Below, in pieces: positions 27,721 to 37,889 of a stretch of 64,000 nucleotides of DNA. Origin of the DNA: an uncultured virus (IMG/VR IMGVR_UViG_3300048502_000088). Its lineage: Duplodnaviria > Heunggongvirae > Uroviricota > Caudoviricetes. A program made the translations under genes and the position numbers. The stretch covers positions 1 to 64,000 of the IMG/VR virus record IMGVR_UViG_3300048502_000088; one strand, written 5' to 3'. Below the pieces are notes generated by a model. It searched no databases. It saw only the letters and a list, made by a program, of their open reading frames with translations, and was not told the DNA's origin. How positions within the stretch are numbered: the first letter of the stretch is position 1; each line of letters starts with the position of its first letter.

Positions 27721-28559
27721 AGCGCGCCGATTAAGGCCAGAGCGCCGATGATCGCGCTGGCGGTGGATGCCAGTGGCGGGGCTACACCCAATCCGATCCG
27801 CGCCCAGCGGGGGAGTGGCCTGGTGCTCTCCTTTAAATTTGCGAGCACCCCGGCGGCGTTCTTGCTGGCTTCGGCGCTGGCATCTGTGGCGGCTTTAATG
27901 TTTACGGCTACCTCCGGGAATGTTTTCATGCCGATCTGTACTTGCGCCAGCGTATTGCGGGTTTCGTTGAGCGTGGCCGTGATCGCTGCGTGGTAGCACC
28001 CCCCGTACCCGGCGGTGGTTCCGTCGGGGAGCGTGCGCCTGCACGTAAACTCCGGCTCCATAGCCTTCCATGCGGGGAGAACCTGGGCTGCCAACTGAGA
28101 CGGCACGGCCTGGTACGCCCCGCTCAGTTCGGCTATGCTCTGAACCGCCCCGCCCTTCCCGTTCAGCCCCTGGTTGAAATCCGTCTCCAGCTTCCATAGC
28201 GTTGCGGTGACGCCGGTGCCGGGATTCGTGATCGGTTCCAGTCTGTCGCTGGCGTCGGACTCGGCCTGCCTGAGGATCGACAAACCGCTAGCCACGCGAT
28301 CATTGGCGTCCTGTTCGGTCTTCTCAAGATCGTCAAGCCCCACGTCTACCCTTGCCAGTACATCAGCGCGCAGACCAGTCATCTCAACGTGGACCGCATC
28401 GGTAAACGTCTTCGGCAGCGTCCGAAGCGTTAACGTGGCCTGATCCTGAAATCTAACGTTTGCCCGCTCGACCTGAATAAGATAATAGATCGCCACGGAG
28501 CCGATGGCCGTCAGGATTCCCGCGTACAGCCTATGGTGGTGGGGGACTTGGGAGAACAT
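27717..28559 (-). CDS. membrane-anchored coiled-coil protein (spanin- or MlaD-like architecture)
   Basis: N-terminal TM, helical middle, hydrophobic C-terminus; function inferred. Confidence 0.55.
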   Translation of the reverse strand: MFSQVPHHHRLYAGILTAIGSVAIYYLIQVERANVRFQDQATLTLRTLPKTFTDAVHVEMTGLRADVLARVDVGLDDLEKTEQDANDRVASGLSILRQAESDASDRLEPITNPGTGVTATLWKLETDFNQGLNGKGGAVQSIAELSGAYQAVPSQLAAQVLPAWKAMEPEFTCRRTLPDGTTAGYGGCYHAAITATLNETRNTLAQVQIGMKTFPEVAVNIKAATDASAEASKNAAGVLANLKESTRPLPRWARIGLGVAPPLASTASAIIGALALIGAL

Positions 28560-28650
28560 GTGGTTATTTTAACGCCTATCCCTGGCCGCGCGTGTGCCGT
28601 GGTACTGCTCACAGTCTGGCTGAGTACGTCGCACGCGCTTTCCTGCCCGC

Positions 28651-28693
28651 ATAAAAAACGGCCCGCGCGGGTCAGTCAGTACCCGCGCGGGCC
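28651..28693 (-). terminator. strong intrinsic terminator
   Basis: 13-bp perfect stem GGCCCGCGCGGGT/ACCCGCGCGGGCC followed by T6. Confidence 0.85.
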
Positions 28694-29106
28694 AATGTGT
28701 GTGGTTGATCTCCGGGACTCCTGCCCAGACTGGTTTCCATCCTACCGCGTCCTTCCCGACATTTCAACCCGCGTCCTTCTGTCACGCTCCAAATCTGATT
28801 CCTCTTCGAGTTTATCCATGCTTCCGATTTTGAGCATGAATCCTTATCGGCGCAATACTGGATTTGGATAGCCCCCGAGGCTTCATTGCGGCGGGATCGG
28901 CGCGTCGTGCCTGTCCGCCCACTCTTCGAGCGTATCCGTCTCCGGGTACGGGGCCAGGCAGTAGCGTATCCCGCGCGCCGTCAAGAGCGCTTATCTCCTG
29001 CAAGCGTCGTTGTTCCAGCGCGATTGTGAGTAGTCATGCTTATGCTAACCTTCGGATGCCTGTAAAGTCAGCTTCTGGCGCGCGTCATGAACGGTGGTGA
29101 TAATGC

Positions 29107-29841
29107 TTACCGCTCCATTGCTCCAGCTATGGCAGACCGGCTGAATGGAAGACTGGGGCCGTCGTCTTTCGGCCACGGCATAGGCGCCTCCCATCGACGC
29201 TTGCGCTCTGCGATTTCTTCCGCCGTAGGGAATCCTTTTGGGACAGACATCGGCACGTGGCCATCCAAGTTAGGCTCCAGACCTGCGAGCCGCATTGCAT
29301 TTTTAACGCACCCAAACCGCGAGGCAAGCATCGTTGACCCGAGGCCGATCTGAGATAATTCCGCCGAGGTCGGCGTGTGCCCGGTCTGCGCCGCAAGAGT
29401 TTGGATCTTGAACAGAGACTGCGCCTTGCACCTGGCGCGCTCGTTGTCGTACTCCGCCGTGTTTCCGGCTGTTCCCTTGCGTCGCTTGTTGGTGGCTATC
29501 CTGGCTGCGTCCTTCTTCTCGACGTCCACGCGGTTCAGGTTGCCGCCCCCCTCAAATGCTTTTGTGGCCAGCGTCCGGTGCTTCTGCCGAACGGTAAAGC
29601 CAGACAGCGAAGATCGTATCCGCATACCGTGCTTCTCGTTGTATGTGTCCCGCTTTATTCCGTGTGATTTAATGTGGTTGCCCATGCCACTGAACCATTC
29701 TCCGCACTCGTGGCACTTGGTCTGGTCTGTGGTTTCGTCGTACTCAATCGCTCCCAACACGGACTCGCCAGACACTGCAAACGGAGCCTTCTCGGCATAG
29801 GTGAATTGGTGTCCGCGAATCAAAACGTGTGTGGCTGGCAT
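29107..29841 (-). CDS. Ros/MucR-type C2H2 zinc-finger protein fused to a homing-endonuclease-associated helical repeat
   Basis: CHECGEWFSGMGNHIKSHGI..YNEKHGM..SL; GHTPT..RFGCVKNAMRLAGL. Confidence 0.7.
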   Translation of the reverse strand: MPATHVLIRGHQFTYAEKAPFAVSGESVLGAIEYDETTDQTKCHECGEWFSGMGNHIKSHGIKRDTYNEKHGMRIRSSLSGFTVRQKHRTLATKAFEGGGNLNRVDVEKKDAARIATNKRRKGTAGNTAEYDNERARCKAQSLFKIQTLAAQTGHTPTSAELSQIGLGSTMLASRFGCVKNAMRLAGLEPNLDGHVPMSVPKGFPTAEEIAERKRRWEAPMPWPKDDGPSLPFSRSAIAGAMER

Positions 29842-29866
29842 AAGTCAATTTTTGAAACCTGCCCGC

Positions 29867-30043
29867 TTAACACGCTCGGATGTCTGTAAATTCGGAAAGC
29901 AGCGCATTGCCCGCACGTATCCGCGCCAGGGCGATCATCCCGCTCTCCTCAGCGCGCACGGTCGTACAGTCGCGGTACAGGTATGACACCGGACCGGACT
30001 GCGCAAACGCGGAAGCGGAGAGAAGGAAAAATAGCGGAATCAT
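29867..30043 (-). CDS. 58-aa exported peptide
   Basis: MIPLFFLLSASAFA|QS signal peptide; below the ORF-track cut-off. Confidence 0.45.
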   Translation of the reverse strand: MIPLFFLLSASAFAQSGPVSYLYRDCTTVRAEESGMIALARIRAGNALLSEFTDIRAC

Positions 30044-30167
30044 GGCGCTATCGTTCCCGCGTGCGGGATTGGCACAGCTGCGCTTACCAGCAGGAAGATT
30101 GCGAGTAGCAGGAGGACCGCTAACAAAAGGATGCTTGATGTTCTCTCATTTTCCGGTGTTCGTACCT

Positions 30168-31823
30168 AGCGTTTTCCGCGATGACGGAGAGAAGAAAAAG
30201 TAGCGGTCCAGTTCGTCCCGTCGCTGGTCAGCTGATCTCATGTGGCGTAACTCGATCCGCTGCCCGCTTCGGTCGCGCCCCACACGATGCTGGTGCCATC
30301 GCTGATCGACGCAGACAGCCCCACGTACGTCGCGGGCGGCAGGTTGCCGTAGGTCGTGTTGCGGTAGTACGCGGGGACGCCCGCGCCGTAGAAGTTCGTG
30401 ATCCGCGACCATTCGTTGCCGTTCAACAGCGTTGGATTGAGGGTCGGGTCCATCGCGGTCAGCACGAACGATCCGACCGAAGATCCCGACTGAATGTCGA
30501 ATCCGTAAGCGGTCGCCGAAAGAGACTGGCCGGACTCGACAGCAATTGCGGTGCCGTTCATCTCGATCCTCTTGACCGTAGAGTTGTAGAGCTATTCTTC
30601 CCCAGTGCGGAGTGAATCCATTCCACGCTGCGTTGGCATAGATCGTACATGCCGTGCAAAGGAAGCTGCTGATAGTAGACGTCGCGCCGAAGTCCAGCCA
30701 ACTGGCCGTATTGCCTCCCGAGATGCTCCAGCGCACGCTGTTGAATGAAAGCGTGCCGACATGGTTTACCGTGTTCACCAAGCTGTTCGGCGTCACGAAA
30801 ATACCGTTTGTAAGCTGGATTGACTGCACCTGGTCGATCGTGCTGGAACCATTGGCATCATTGCCGATGATGACACCGTTGCCCGATCCGCTCAGAAAGA
30901 AGTTACTGATTTGCACCGGACCCAATGTACAGGAGCCGCAGATGTTTCCCGCGTTCTGGTAGGCGTAGGCTCTCAACAGCGAAAGATTGCCATTGCAGGT
31001 TACGTTGGTGAACTGTGCGGTCCCACCACTGCCAGAGTAACCTTCTGGCAGGTTAAGAGCTATGCAGTCATCATACCCGGTAATGCGGACGTCCGACCCT
31101 CTTATTGAGCCGAACGGCCCCGCTGCGTGGATACCGTCCGTATTCGAGCCGACCGCCGTTGTGGAGTCAACCTCCACGTTGGTATACTGCTGCGTACCAA
31201 TGTTAGTCGTGAACACAGCGAACGTTGGCGCATTCTTAATCCTTACGTTAGTAAGCTCAAAATACTCAAGGTTCGCGGCGAGAATTCCCGCGCACCAGGC
31301 TGTTACGCAGTGCAAGTCTCCGGTGCTGTTACCAGCCCGGTTGCCGTTCACAGTGATGTCGCGGATAATGAGCGAGCCGACCTGGGCGGGAGGCGTGCCG
31401 ACGGCCATACTGATACCGCAGGTGAGCCCACCGGCAGTTCGCCCTGGAAAGTCTGTACAGATCGGAGTGGCGTTGCTGCCGTTCGCGATCACAAAGCTAC
31501 TCACGTTCATCCCCAGCCCTTCGAGGTAGGCGACCGCGCCTATGGGGATAATGATCGGACCATTAACCAAAAACGGATAGTCGGCAATCAAATGCACCGG
31601 GTTCGTCGCCGTCGCCACCGCAAAGGCTGCGTTGACGTAGGCCAGTTCGTTCGGACACGCACTGCCGTTGGCTTGCAGCATCGTGTCGGTGTTGCAGCCC
31701 GCCGTGATGTCGGCCACGGGCGCGCCCATCTGACTGAGCAGCACGCGCGTACCCGCGCCGTTCGTGATCGTCTGCGCGGATGCGGCGGCACATGCAGAAA
31801 AGCAGGACGTATAGGCGATTCAT
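30168..31823 (-). pseudogene. beta-helix polysaccharide depolymerase (GH28/pectate-lyase-like), interrupted
   Basis: NTDGIH..GYDDCIAL GH28-like motifs; frameshifts near 31800 and 30590 and an in-frame TGA at 30238. Confidence 0.7.
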
Positions 31824-33157
31824 CACTGGACTCCTTGGCTGTAAATCGCGGTTACCTGCGTCGAACTGAGCGCGTATGGGTAGATGCGAACGTCGGCGAT
31901 GCCGCCGGAAAGCGGGTAGCCGCCTCCATTCGCGAAAACCCCCAGCGTCACGGGAACGGCGTTGGCGATCGACGAAGTCAGATTGTCGGAAACGGTATGG
32001 TTTGGCGCCGTTACCACGCCATTCGCATAGGCAGTGAACCCCGCGACCTTTTCCGTGCCGTCTGTAATCGCACAGAAGTGAAACGCCGTACCCGTCGTCG
32101 GAACGAAGGTGAAGTTTTCGTCCGCAAAACCACCCGGTATACTGTTGGCCAACAACAACGTCAATCGGTTGTTTCCCCCGGCCTGAAGGAACACGCCCCA
32201 GCCACGGTCGTTGTTGGACCCGTCAAAGGTGCCCACCAACCCTGCCTGGCTGCCGGCGCCGGACGTCTGATTGGCCCATGCGCAGACCGAAAACGGAGTC
32301 GATCCGGTGAAGTTCGTATTCGTGTAATTCGCCGCCGCCGATGTTGTTGTGGACCCGTTAAACGTCAGCGTGTTCGGGAGCAACCCGGCAATGTTCGTGT
32401 ACGTCGCGTTCGTGTTCGTCAGGTTATTGGAGTGACCGCTCGAATCGGCCATCGGGCTCGACCCTTCGTTCATTTTCCACTGCTGCACGGGTCCGGTCCA
32501 TACAACCACTGATCCGTTGACCGTGTGCGTCAGCGATCCGTCCGTGCCGGAGATCGTCACCACGTTTGCCGTGCCCGTTGTGGTAGAAGACGATGCGGTA
32601 CCGTTCGGCGTGATTGAGACGGTGGACGTGCCCGAACCGGTAATTGTCGCGGGAGAGAACACACAGGACACCGTGGTGCTCGTGCTGCACGAGAGCGTTA
32701 CCACTCCCGAATATCCAAGGAGAGCCCCCACGGTGACAGTCGCCGTCGCTGGAACCGGCGTGTTTTGAAAAACCGTAGCTGACGCCGCGCCCACGATCAG
32801 GTAGAAATCGGCTGTCGGCTGGGTGCTGGCCGCATACGGGATCAGCCATTCGACCCCATTGCACGCGCCCGCACACGTTATGGAAAAGGAATTGGCCGCA
32901 TAGCTTGAGATATTCCCGCACGCCGAGAATTGACATCCGGAAAGCGTTGTCACGGCACTAAACCCCGGCACATACGGTGATGCCAGCCCGAGGTTGTGCG
33001 TGATCGTCTGCGATCCCGGCGCGGCGAAATAAACGACTCGGCTTGCGAATCCAGGGCCGCTTGCCCCAGTACTCCCCGGAGGAATACTCGGAGGCTGCGA
33101 CCAAAGAACGACAGCCAAAAGGCTGCCGACAGCCAAAAGGCCGGCCAGCCACCTCAC
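31823..33157 (-). CDS. exported LamG/concanavalin-A-like lectin domain protein
   Basis: signal peptide; WKMNEGS..FSVCAW..GGIADVRIYPYALS. Confidence 0.85.
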   Translation of the reverse strand: MRWLAGLLAVGSLLAVVLWSQPPSIPPGSTGASGPGFASRVVYFAAPGSQTITHNLGLASPYVPGFSAVTTLSGCQFSACGNISSYAANSFSITCAGACNGVEWLIPYAASTQPTADFYLIVGAASATVFQNTPVPATATVTVGALLGYSGVVTLSCSTSTTVSCVFSPATITGSGTSTVSITPNGTASSSTTTGTANVVTISGTDGSLTHTVNGSVVVWTGPVQQWKMNEGSSPMADSSGHSNNLTNTNATYTNIAGLLPNTLTFNGSTTTSAAANYTNTNFTGSTPFSVCAWANQTSGAGSQAGLVGTFDGSNNDRGWGVFLQAGGNNRLTLLLANSIPGGFADENFTFVPTTGTAFHFCAITDGTEKVAGFTAYANGVVTAPNHTVSDNLTSSIANAVPVTLGVFANGGGYPLSGGIADVRIYPYALSSTQVTAIYSQGVQ

Positions 33158-33411
33158 TGCTCAACCTCTGACGTAAAGAACATTAGTAACGCCTCGCTGG
33201 CCATTATAGCGTTTGCGGAGACGGGTGCGCTACCTTCGCCGCCTGGCGGGTTGCCATGCCCCGGAAATCAAAAAATCGGGGCGCACCCAGAACAAAGAAA
33301 AGTGGATGCGCCACAGCTTGTGTGTGTGGCCGCTGGTCGAGGGCGACTCACGAAGGATATTGTATCAGAAAAACGGGAACGCTCCGGCGTCTTAAAGCCC
33401 GCGAACGGTCC

Positions 33412-33753
33412 TCACTTTTTCTCCGGTGCCGAGCTTGCCGCCGGACTTGCCACGCATGCGAAAACATCCTTCTTCGCTTCGGCGAACATCTGCCCCTCGC
33501 CGCAGATGTGTTTGACGAGTTCGATTGCCTCCCGCGCCTCAATCGCGGCAGAGTCGGCTCGGTCAGATGCCGCCTTGGCTTCCGTGCGCGCGGCCTGTGC
33601 GTTGGCTATCTTCGCCTGCGCCCGCCAGATCGTCGCGATATCCTTGTCTGTCAGGACGTGAAGCTCAACGGACTTCACATCTTCGGCATTTGTGGCTGCG
33701 ATAATCAGCATACCAGTCCCGATCAATCTTTTTATTTGTCTAAACTTTTCCAT
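33412..33753 (-). CDS. small exported coiled-coil protein with two Cys
   Basis: GGAGG RBS; basic then hydrophobic N-terminus ending ATNA. Confidence 0.6.
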   Translation of the reverse strand: MEKFRQIKRLIGTGMLIIAATNAEDVKSVELHVLTDKDIATIWRAQAKIANAQAARTEAKAASDRADSAAIEAREAIELVKHICGEGQMFAEAKKDVFACVASPAASSAPEKK

Positions 33754-33767
33754 CTTTCTTTTACCTC

Positions 33768-36700
33768 CTACGGTATTGAAGCTACATAAGGAAACGGCCC
33801 CGTGAGTATCGTGCATCCAGACGGAACCCCGCCGGTGACGGTCGTGCAGCTCAAAAGATTGGTGAATGGAGTACCAGCCGTGCTTCCTGGGTACGGAGTC
33901 GTCACGGCGATATTGTTGGTGCCTCCGGCTCCGATTGTAATCCCGCTTCCGGCGATGTATGGCCCGGCAGTGGCGGGCGGCCCGGTAAACGTGAGAGTCG
34001 TAAACGTGCCGGAAGCCCCTGACACGCCCGAAGTCGCGATCAGATTGCCCGCTGTCCAGTTCCCGGACATGTAGCCCGTAGTGCCGCTGACGGCCCCCGA
34101 TGAGCCATTGGCAGTAAACCCGCCTGAGGCAACGTTTAAGGCAGTCGTGCTGGTGCCCGTAATGCTCAGCGCGGTAAACGACGGACTGTCGCCCGTTCCG
34201 ACGCTCTGGATATGAGATCCGGTGATTGCGCCGGTGTTGGACACCGCGAATACCCCTGAACCGGAGCCTACAATAAGCGACCGAACCCCGATGTCCCCCT
34301 GGCCGTTCCAGGCAAAGCCCGATTGGGTTTGGAAATCCAGGTTAGTGCCTGAGTTTGTAGACGTGAATTCCTTGCCTACAAAATTATTGCTCGTGTCAAC
34401 AATCGGAGTGCCGGAAGAACCTGCACCGTAAATCGCGGCCTGAAAATACGAGGGCACGCCAACGGTGAACGCCGATGCCGTCAGGCTGGTGAGGACTGAG
34501 CCGCCAATCTTGAGATCGATTTCGGTCGCCGCGCCGAGCGTCAGGGTTGCGCTGGCCGTTATCAGATTAGGCAGACTCGCGATGCCGTACTCCGCAGCGC
34601 CGCCCGATCCGTTACCGCCGCAGAACTCTATTGTGCCCGGATTGCCGCCGGATGGCTGGACGTAGTTCAACGTCCCTTCGGTGCCAACCGTCGTGCTGAC
34701 CGGGTTACCAGGTACCCAGATGCCAGCGCGGCACAAGCCACCGCTGGACAGATCCGGCATAAGCTGCGCTCCACCGTCGTGCAGGATAAGGGATGGAATG
34801 AAAGTACTTGCACCACTCTCGGTGTCTAACTCCATATAGCTTAGGGCGCTCGATGCTGGATTTATGTACTGAGTGATAATTTGCCCACCAAAATATGTTG
34901 CGTTTTGGTAGGAAAAAATAACCTGCGATTGACCGGTGTTGTTAGCTGGCAGGTCAACGTAAAGAGGAGATCCCACGGGCGGCGGGATCGCCGCGCCGCT
35001 GGCCAGTGTATACATCTTGTACGTCCCGGCTTCATTTTGCAGGCATACTTGCAGAGTTGACGCCGTTCCCGGCGATCCGGCTACGTAAGCGGTGGGCCAG
35101 ATGTCATAAGGGTCGCCCGCGTTGCAACCCGGAGTGGCTGGCGTCAGTTGCAGGCCGCCCTGTCCGCGCAAGCGGGCGATCACGCTCACCGGCGAAGGGT
35201 ATGCGGGAGCCACATTCACCAGAGACAGGAATTCGATATCCGTGTAATTCCCGCCGGAGTTATTTTGCGAACGGATACGGGCATAGTCCTGGCCCTGGAA
35301 CAGAAAATCCACTGAACCGGTGATCGGCGCATCCGTGCGGTTCGTGTCGGCGCGAATGGTGCCATCGGTCCACTTTGCGTCCGTGTTCACATACAGTCCG
35401 CCGCCCGGATATGTACCGCCAAGGCCGGTGGGTGCCCCGTAGCCCCGATCTATTGCGAGGCATGTTCCATCTGTTGTCGTACCCCCGGTGTCGTTCCAGG
35501 TTGGCTGTGTAGTGCCCGACACGCAGTAATACCCGCTCACTATCTGTTGGGCGTGGCCCGCCGCATCGATCACATAGACCTCGCCATAAGTGTAGGTCGT
35601 GGACGCACGCCACTCCTGTCCGGTATTGTTGTAATCGAGAGATGCCGCATTCAATCCGACCGGAGAGTAGCCGCCCTTGTAATTACCGTCTATTCGAAAC
35701 AAGTCCGGCTGTCCACCGGTTGCAGCACCGCCGCCCGTCACGGGGAAAATCTGGAACGTGGCCCACTGCCCGCGAGTTGCGTCTATCTCACTTACTGCAC
35801 AGTAACCAATCGCGAAAGTCGGCTGACCGAGCGAATCGACCCCCGGACAGACATTAAATCTCGGCAAGGAAAAATGGCTGCATCCTGAGAGGTCCATCAC
35901 GTTGAAGCCAGTCACGCCATAGGAAGTGGCCACAGCGGTCGTGGTGATCTGATTACCGCAGGCGGCAGGGGCGATAAATACCAGCGGAGCGGCACTCTCG
36001 CCGCCACCGATTTGCACCTGGTTATTTGTCGATTCGATGACGCCGCCAGGGGTCCATACAGGCTCAATTACGACCGGAGCCAGAGCCACGCCGTAAGCGG
36101 CGTTGGAGTCGGAAGATCCCGCAAAAGGAGCCGTCAGCTGGATGTGGCAGTAATCCGTCACCGAGGCCACGAAGGCTTGTTGGTTCTGCCCGGTCTGTGC
36201 AGGAAAGTAAATCGGCGTACCGGCCGGAATGCCAACAAATACCGGGGACACAACAGGAGACGTCGAGCATGGGGCATTTGCGGTCACCGTATACGATCCG
36301 TTGCTGACCGTCACCGTGCCAACGGACTGAAACGCATTACACCCGTTGGTCTGCAAGTTGTTATAGACGCTCTCTCCAGAGCCTTGAATACTTAGGCACA
36401 CGCTGGATTGCTCGATAAGACAATCCGTACAATTATTGGTGTTGTTGTCGTGGCCGGTCGCGAAAGCCGCTGCCGTGCTGTGTGCCCACCAGCCACGATC
36501 CGCGCCCTGGATATGGACGCGAGTCCCCCAGGTGAACTGTACCTCAGCACCCTGATCGGCGGTGATCTCAAGGCCCGCCGCAACGTGGTCGTTGGCGCTC
36601 CCTTGCAGGAGCACATCCTCGATTACGGTGTGCTGCGTGTTTGCGGTCACTCCAGGCTGCGAAGAGGTCAGCGTAGCGTAGACCTGCACCAGGGATACGC

Positions 36701-37889
36701 CTGCAAGCCCTGGGGATTTCGAAACCTGGAAGCCCTTAATCTTCGAACGATATCCCATCATTCGGATGACGGGGGTGTTGGCCACGGTGCCTTCGATGAA
36801 TACCTGGCCAGACGCCTCAGCCTCAAGGCACGCGGATATCAGCGTCAGGCCTGTGACCTTGTACGAACCCGAGGGAACCACCCCGCAATTTCCTGTCAGG
36901 GCGGCTTGCGCGGCCAGCGCATTCAGTCCCGCCGTTGAATCGTTCTGCCCGGTCGGATCTACCGGATAAACGGACGACACGAGTGTGTCTCCGAGACGCT
37001 GCTGTACCGTCGTAAAGAGCGTATTGGTACCCGGCGCGTTGTGGGTAGTGTTAACGGAGGTGCCGCTTATAGTGGCAGAGAAGGTCCACGAATCGGGGTT
37101 GTTCATTCCATCGGTTGTCGGACCCTCATTGGTCCACGTCAGCGCACCGGAATTGTCCGATGTCGTACCGTGGAGAGTCGAATTCCATGACGGACTTCCC
37201 GATGCCTGGCTGCTCTGTGGGCAGCTCGGGGAGCAGGCCGTCACCACCTGAATGTATCCGCTGACAGCTACAACACCGCCAGCGCCATACGGTGTAGCAT
37301 TGGCCCACTGCGGGTTCCAGGTCGCGCTGTGGCCCGTGGACGCGCCGAACCCGATGATTACTCCGTCCGTCAGGGGGATACACAGCCGCGCGCCCATATC
37401 CCGGAAGGTCACGTTTGCGCTAACCACCGAACCGCCCGAGGTGCTCCAGGATGGCGTGCCGGACGACTGACTGGTATATGGCGACACGGAAGCGGTGACC
37501 AGTTGCGAATGGCCCGATCCGACTACCACCTGACCAACCGAGTAAGCGTGTGAGTTGGCAAACGATGCAAGGGATATGGGTATGCCGGACGACCACGAAC
37601 CGCCGTCCTTCTGCCATGCAATCGTATCGGGAGTTCCGCTGGTCTGAACGCGCGCCTGATAAACGTGACTGGCTGCGTTACCTCCCGTGTATGCCACAGT
37701 GCAGTTGGTAGCGTCGTTGAGCCGTTCAAACGGATACGCAAGCCCGAGCGACGTGATCGACAGTGGCGGCGCATAGTACACCGGACCCGTGAGCTGACCC
37801 CCGGCGTAAAGGACCGGAGGGGATGCCGTCTGCGCGAAACAGGCCGGATACGCCGAGCAAAATAAAGCGATGGTGATTATCTTTCTCAT
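33768..37889 (-). CDS. large tail-fibre/tailspike-like protein with signal peptide, three CBM5/12-like modules and a beta-helix
   Basis: MRKIITIALFCSAYPACFA|QT; (W/F)xAxxxY..P(S/T)W repeats; VDPTGQNDSTAGL tailspike motif; ATGA-type overlap with the tail-tip gene. Confidence 0.75.
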   Translation of the reverse strand: MRKIITIALFCSAYPACFAQTASPPVLYAGGQLTGPVYYAPPLSITSLGLAYPFERLNDATNCTVAYTGGNAASHVYQARVQTSGTPDTIAWQKDGGSWSSGIPISLASFANSHAYSVGQVVVGSGHSQLVTASVSPYTSQSSGTPSWSTSGGSVVSANVTFRDMGARLCIPLTDGVIIGFGASTGHSATWNPQWANATPYGAGGVVAVSGYIQVVTACSPSCPQSSQASGSPSWNSTLHGTTSDNSGALTWTNEGPTTDGMNNPDSWTFSATISGTSVNTTHNAPGTNTLFTTVQQRLGDTLVSSVYPVDPTGQNDSTAGLNALAAQAALTGNCGVVPSGSYKVTGLTLISACLEAEASGQVFIEGTVANTPVIRMMGYRSKIKGFQVSKSPGLAGVSLVQVYATLTSSQPGVTANTQHTVIEDVLLQGSANDHVAAGLEITADQGAEVQFTWGTRVHIQGADRGWWAHSTAAAFATGHDNNTNNCTDCLIEQSSVCLSIQGSGESVYNNLQTNGCNAFQSVGTVTVSNGSYTVTANAPCSTSPVVSPVFVGIPAGTPIYFPAQTGQNQQAFVASVTDYCHIQLTAPFAGSSDSNAAYGVALAPVVIEPVWTPGGVIESTNNQVQIGGGESAAPLVFIAPAACGNQITTTAVATSYGVTGFNVMDLSGCSHFSLPRFNVCPGVDSLGQPTFAIGYCAVSEIDATRGQWATFQIFPVTGGGAATGGQPDLFRIDGNYKGGYSPVGLNAASLDYNNTGQEWRASTTYTYGEVYVIDAAGHAQQIVSGYYCVSGTTQPTWNDTGGTTTDGTCLAIDRGYGAPTGLGGTYPGGGLYVNTDAKWTDGTIRADTNRTDAPITGSVDFLFQGQDYARIRSQNNSGGNYTDIEFLSLVNVAPAYPSPVSVIARLRGQGGLQLTPATPGCNAGDPYDIWPTAYVAGSPGTASTLQVCLQNEAGTYKMYTLASGAAIPPPVGSPLYVDLPANNTGQSQVIFSYQNATYFGGQIITQYINPASSALSYMELDTESGASTFIPSLILHDGGAQLMPDLSSGGLCRAGIWVPGNPVSTTVGTEGTLNYVQPSGGNPGTIEFCGGNGSGGAAEYGIASLPNLITASATLTLGAATEIDLKIGGSVLTSLTASAFTVGVPSYFQAAIYGAGSSGTPIVDTSNNFVGKEFTSTNSGTNLDFQTQSGFAWNGQGDIGVRSLIVGSGSGVFAVSNTGAITGSHIQSVGTGDSPSFTALSITGTSTTALNVASGGFTANGSSGAVSGTTGYMSGNWTAGNLIATSGVSGASGTFTTLTFTGPPATAGPYIAGSGITIGAGGTNNIAVTTPYPGSTAGTPFTNLLSCTTVTGGVPSGCTILTGPFPYVASIP

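Noticed and set aside
30168..30240. Stop-codon reassignment or selenocysteine at the in-frame TGA
   Set aside because: TGA is used as a normal stop in many ATGA/GTGA overlaps, and the gene has other lesions
31127..32512. 461-aa plus-strand ORF
   Set aside because: Antisense shadow of the LamG and depolymerase genes, as expected in GC-rich DNA
34053..34069. Possible third copy of the TGTCCAGAGTCTGGACA palindrome
   Set aside because: Only 13/17 match and lies mid-CDS; likely chance
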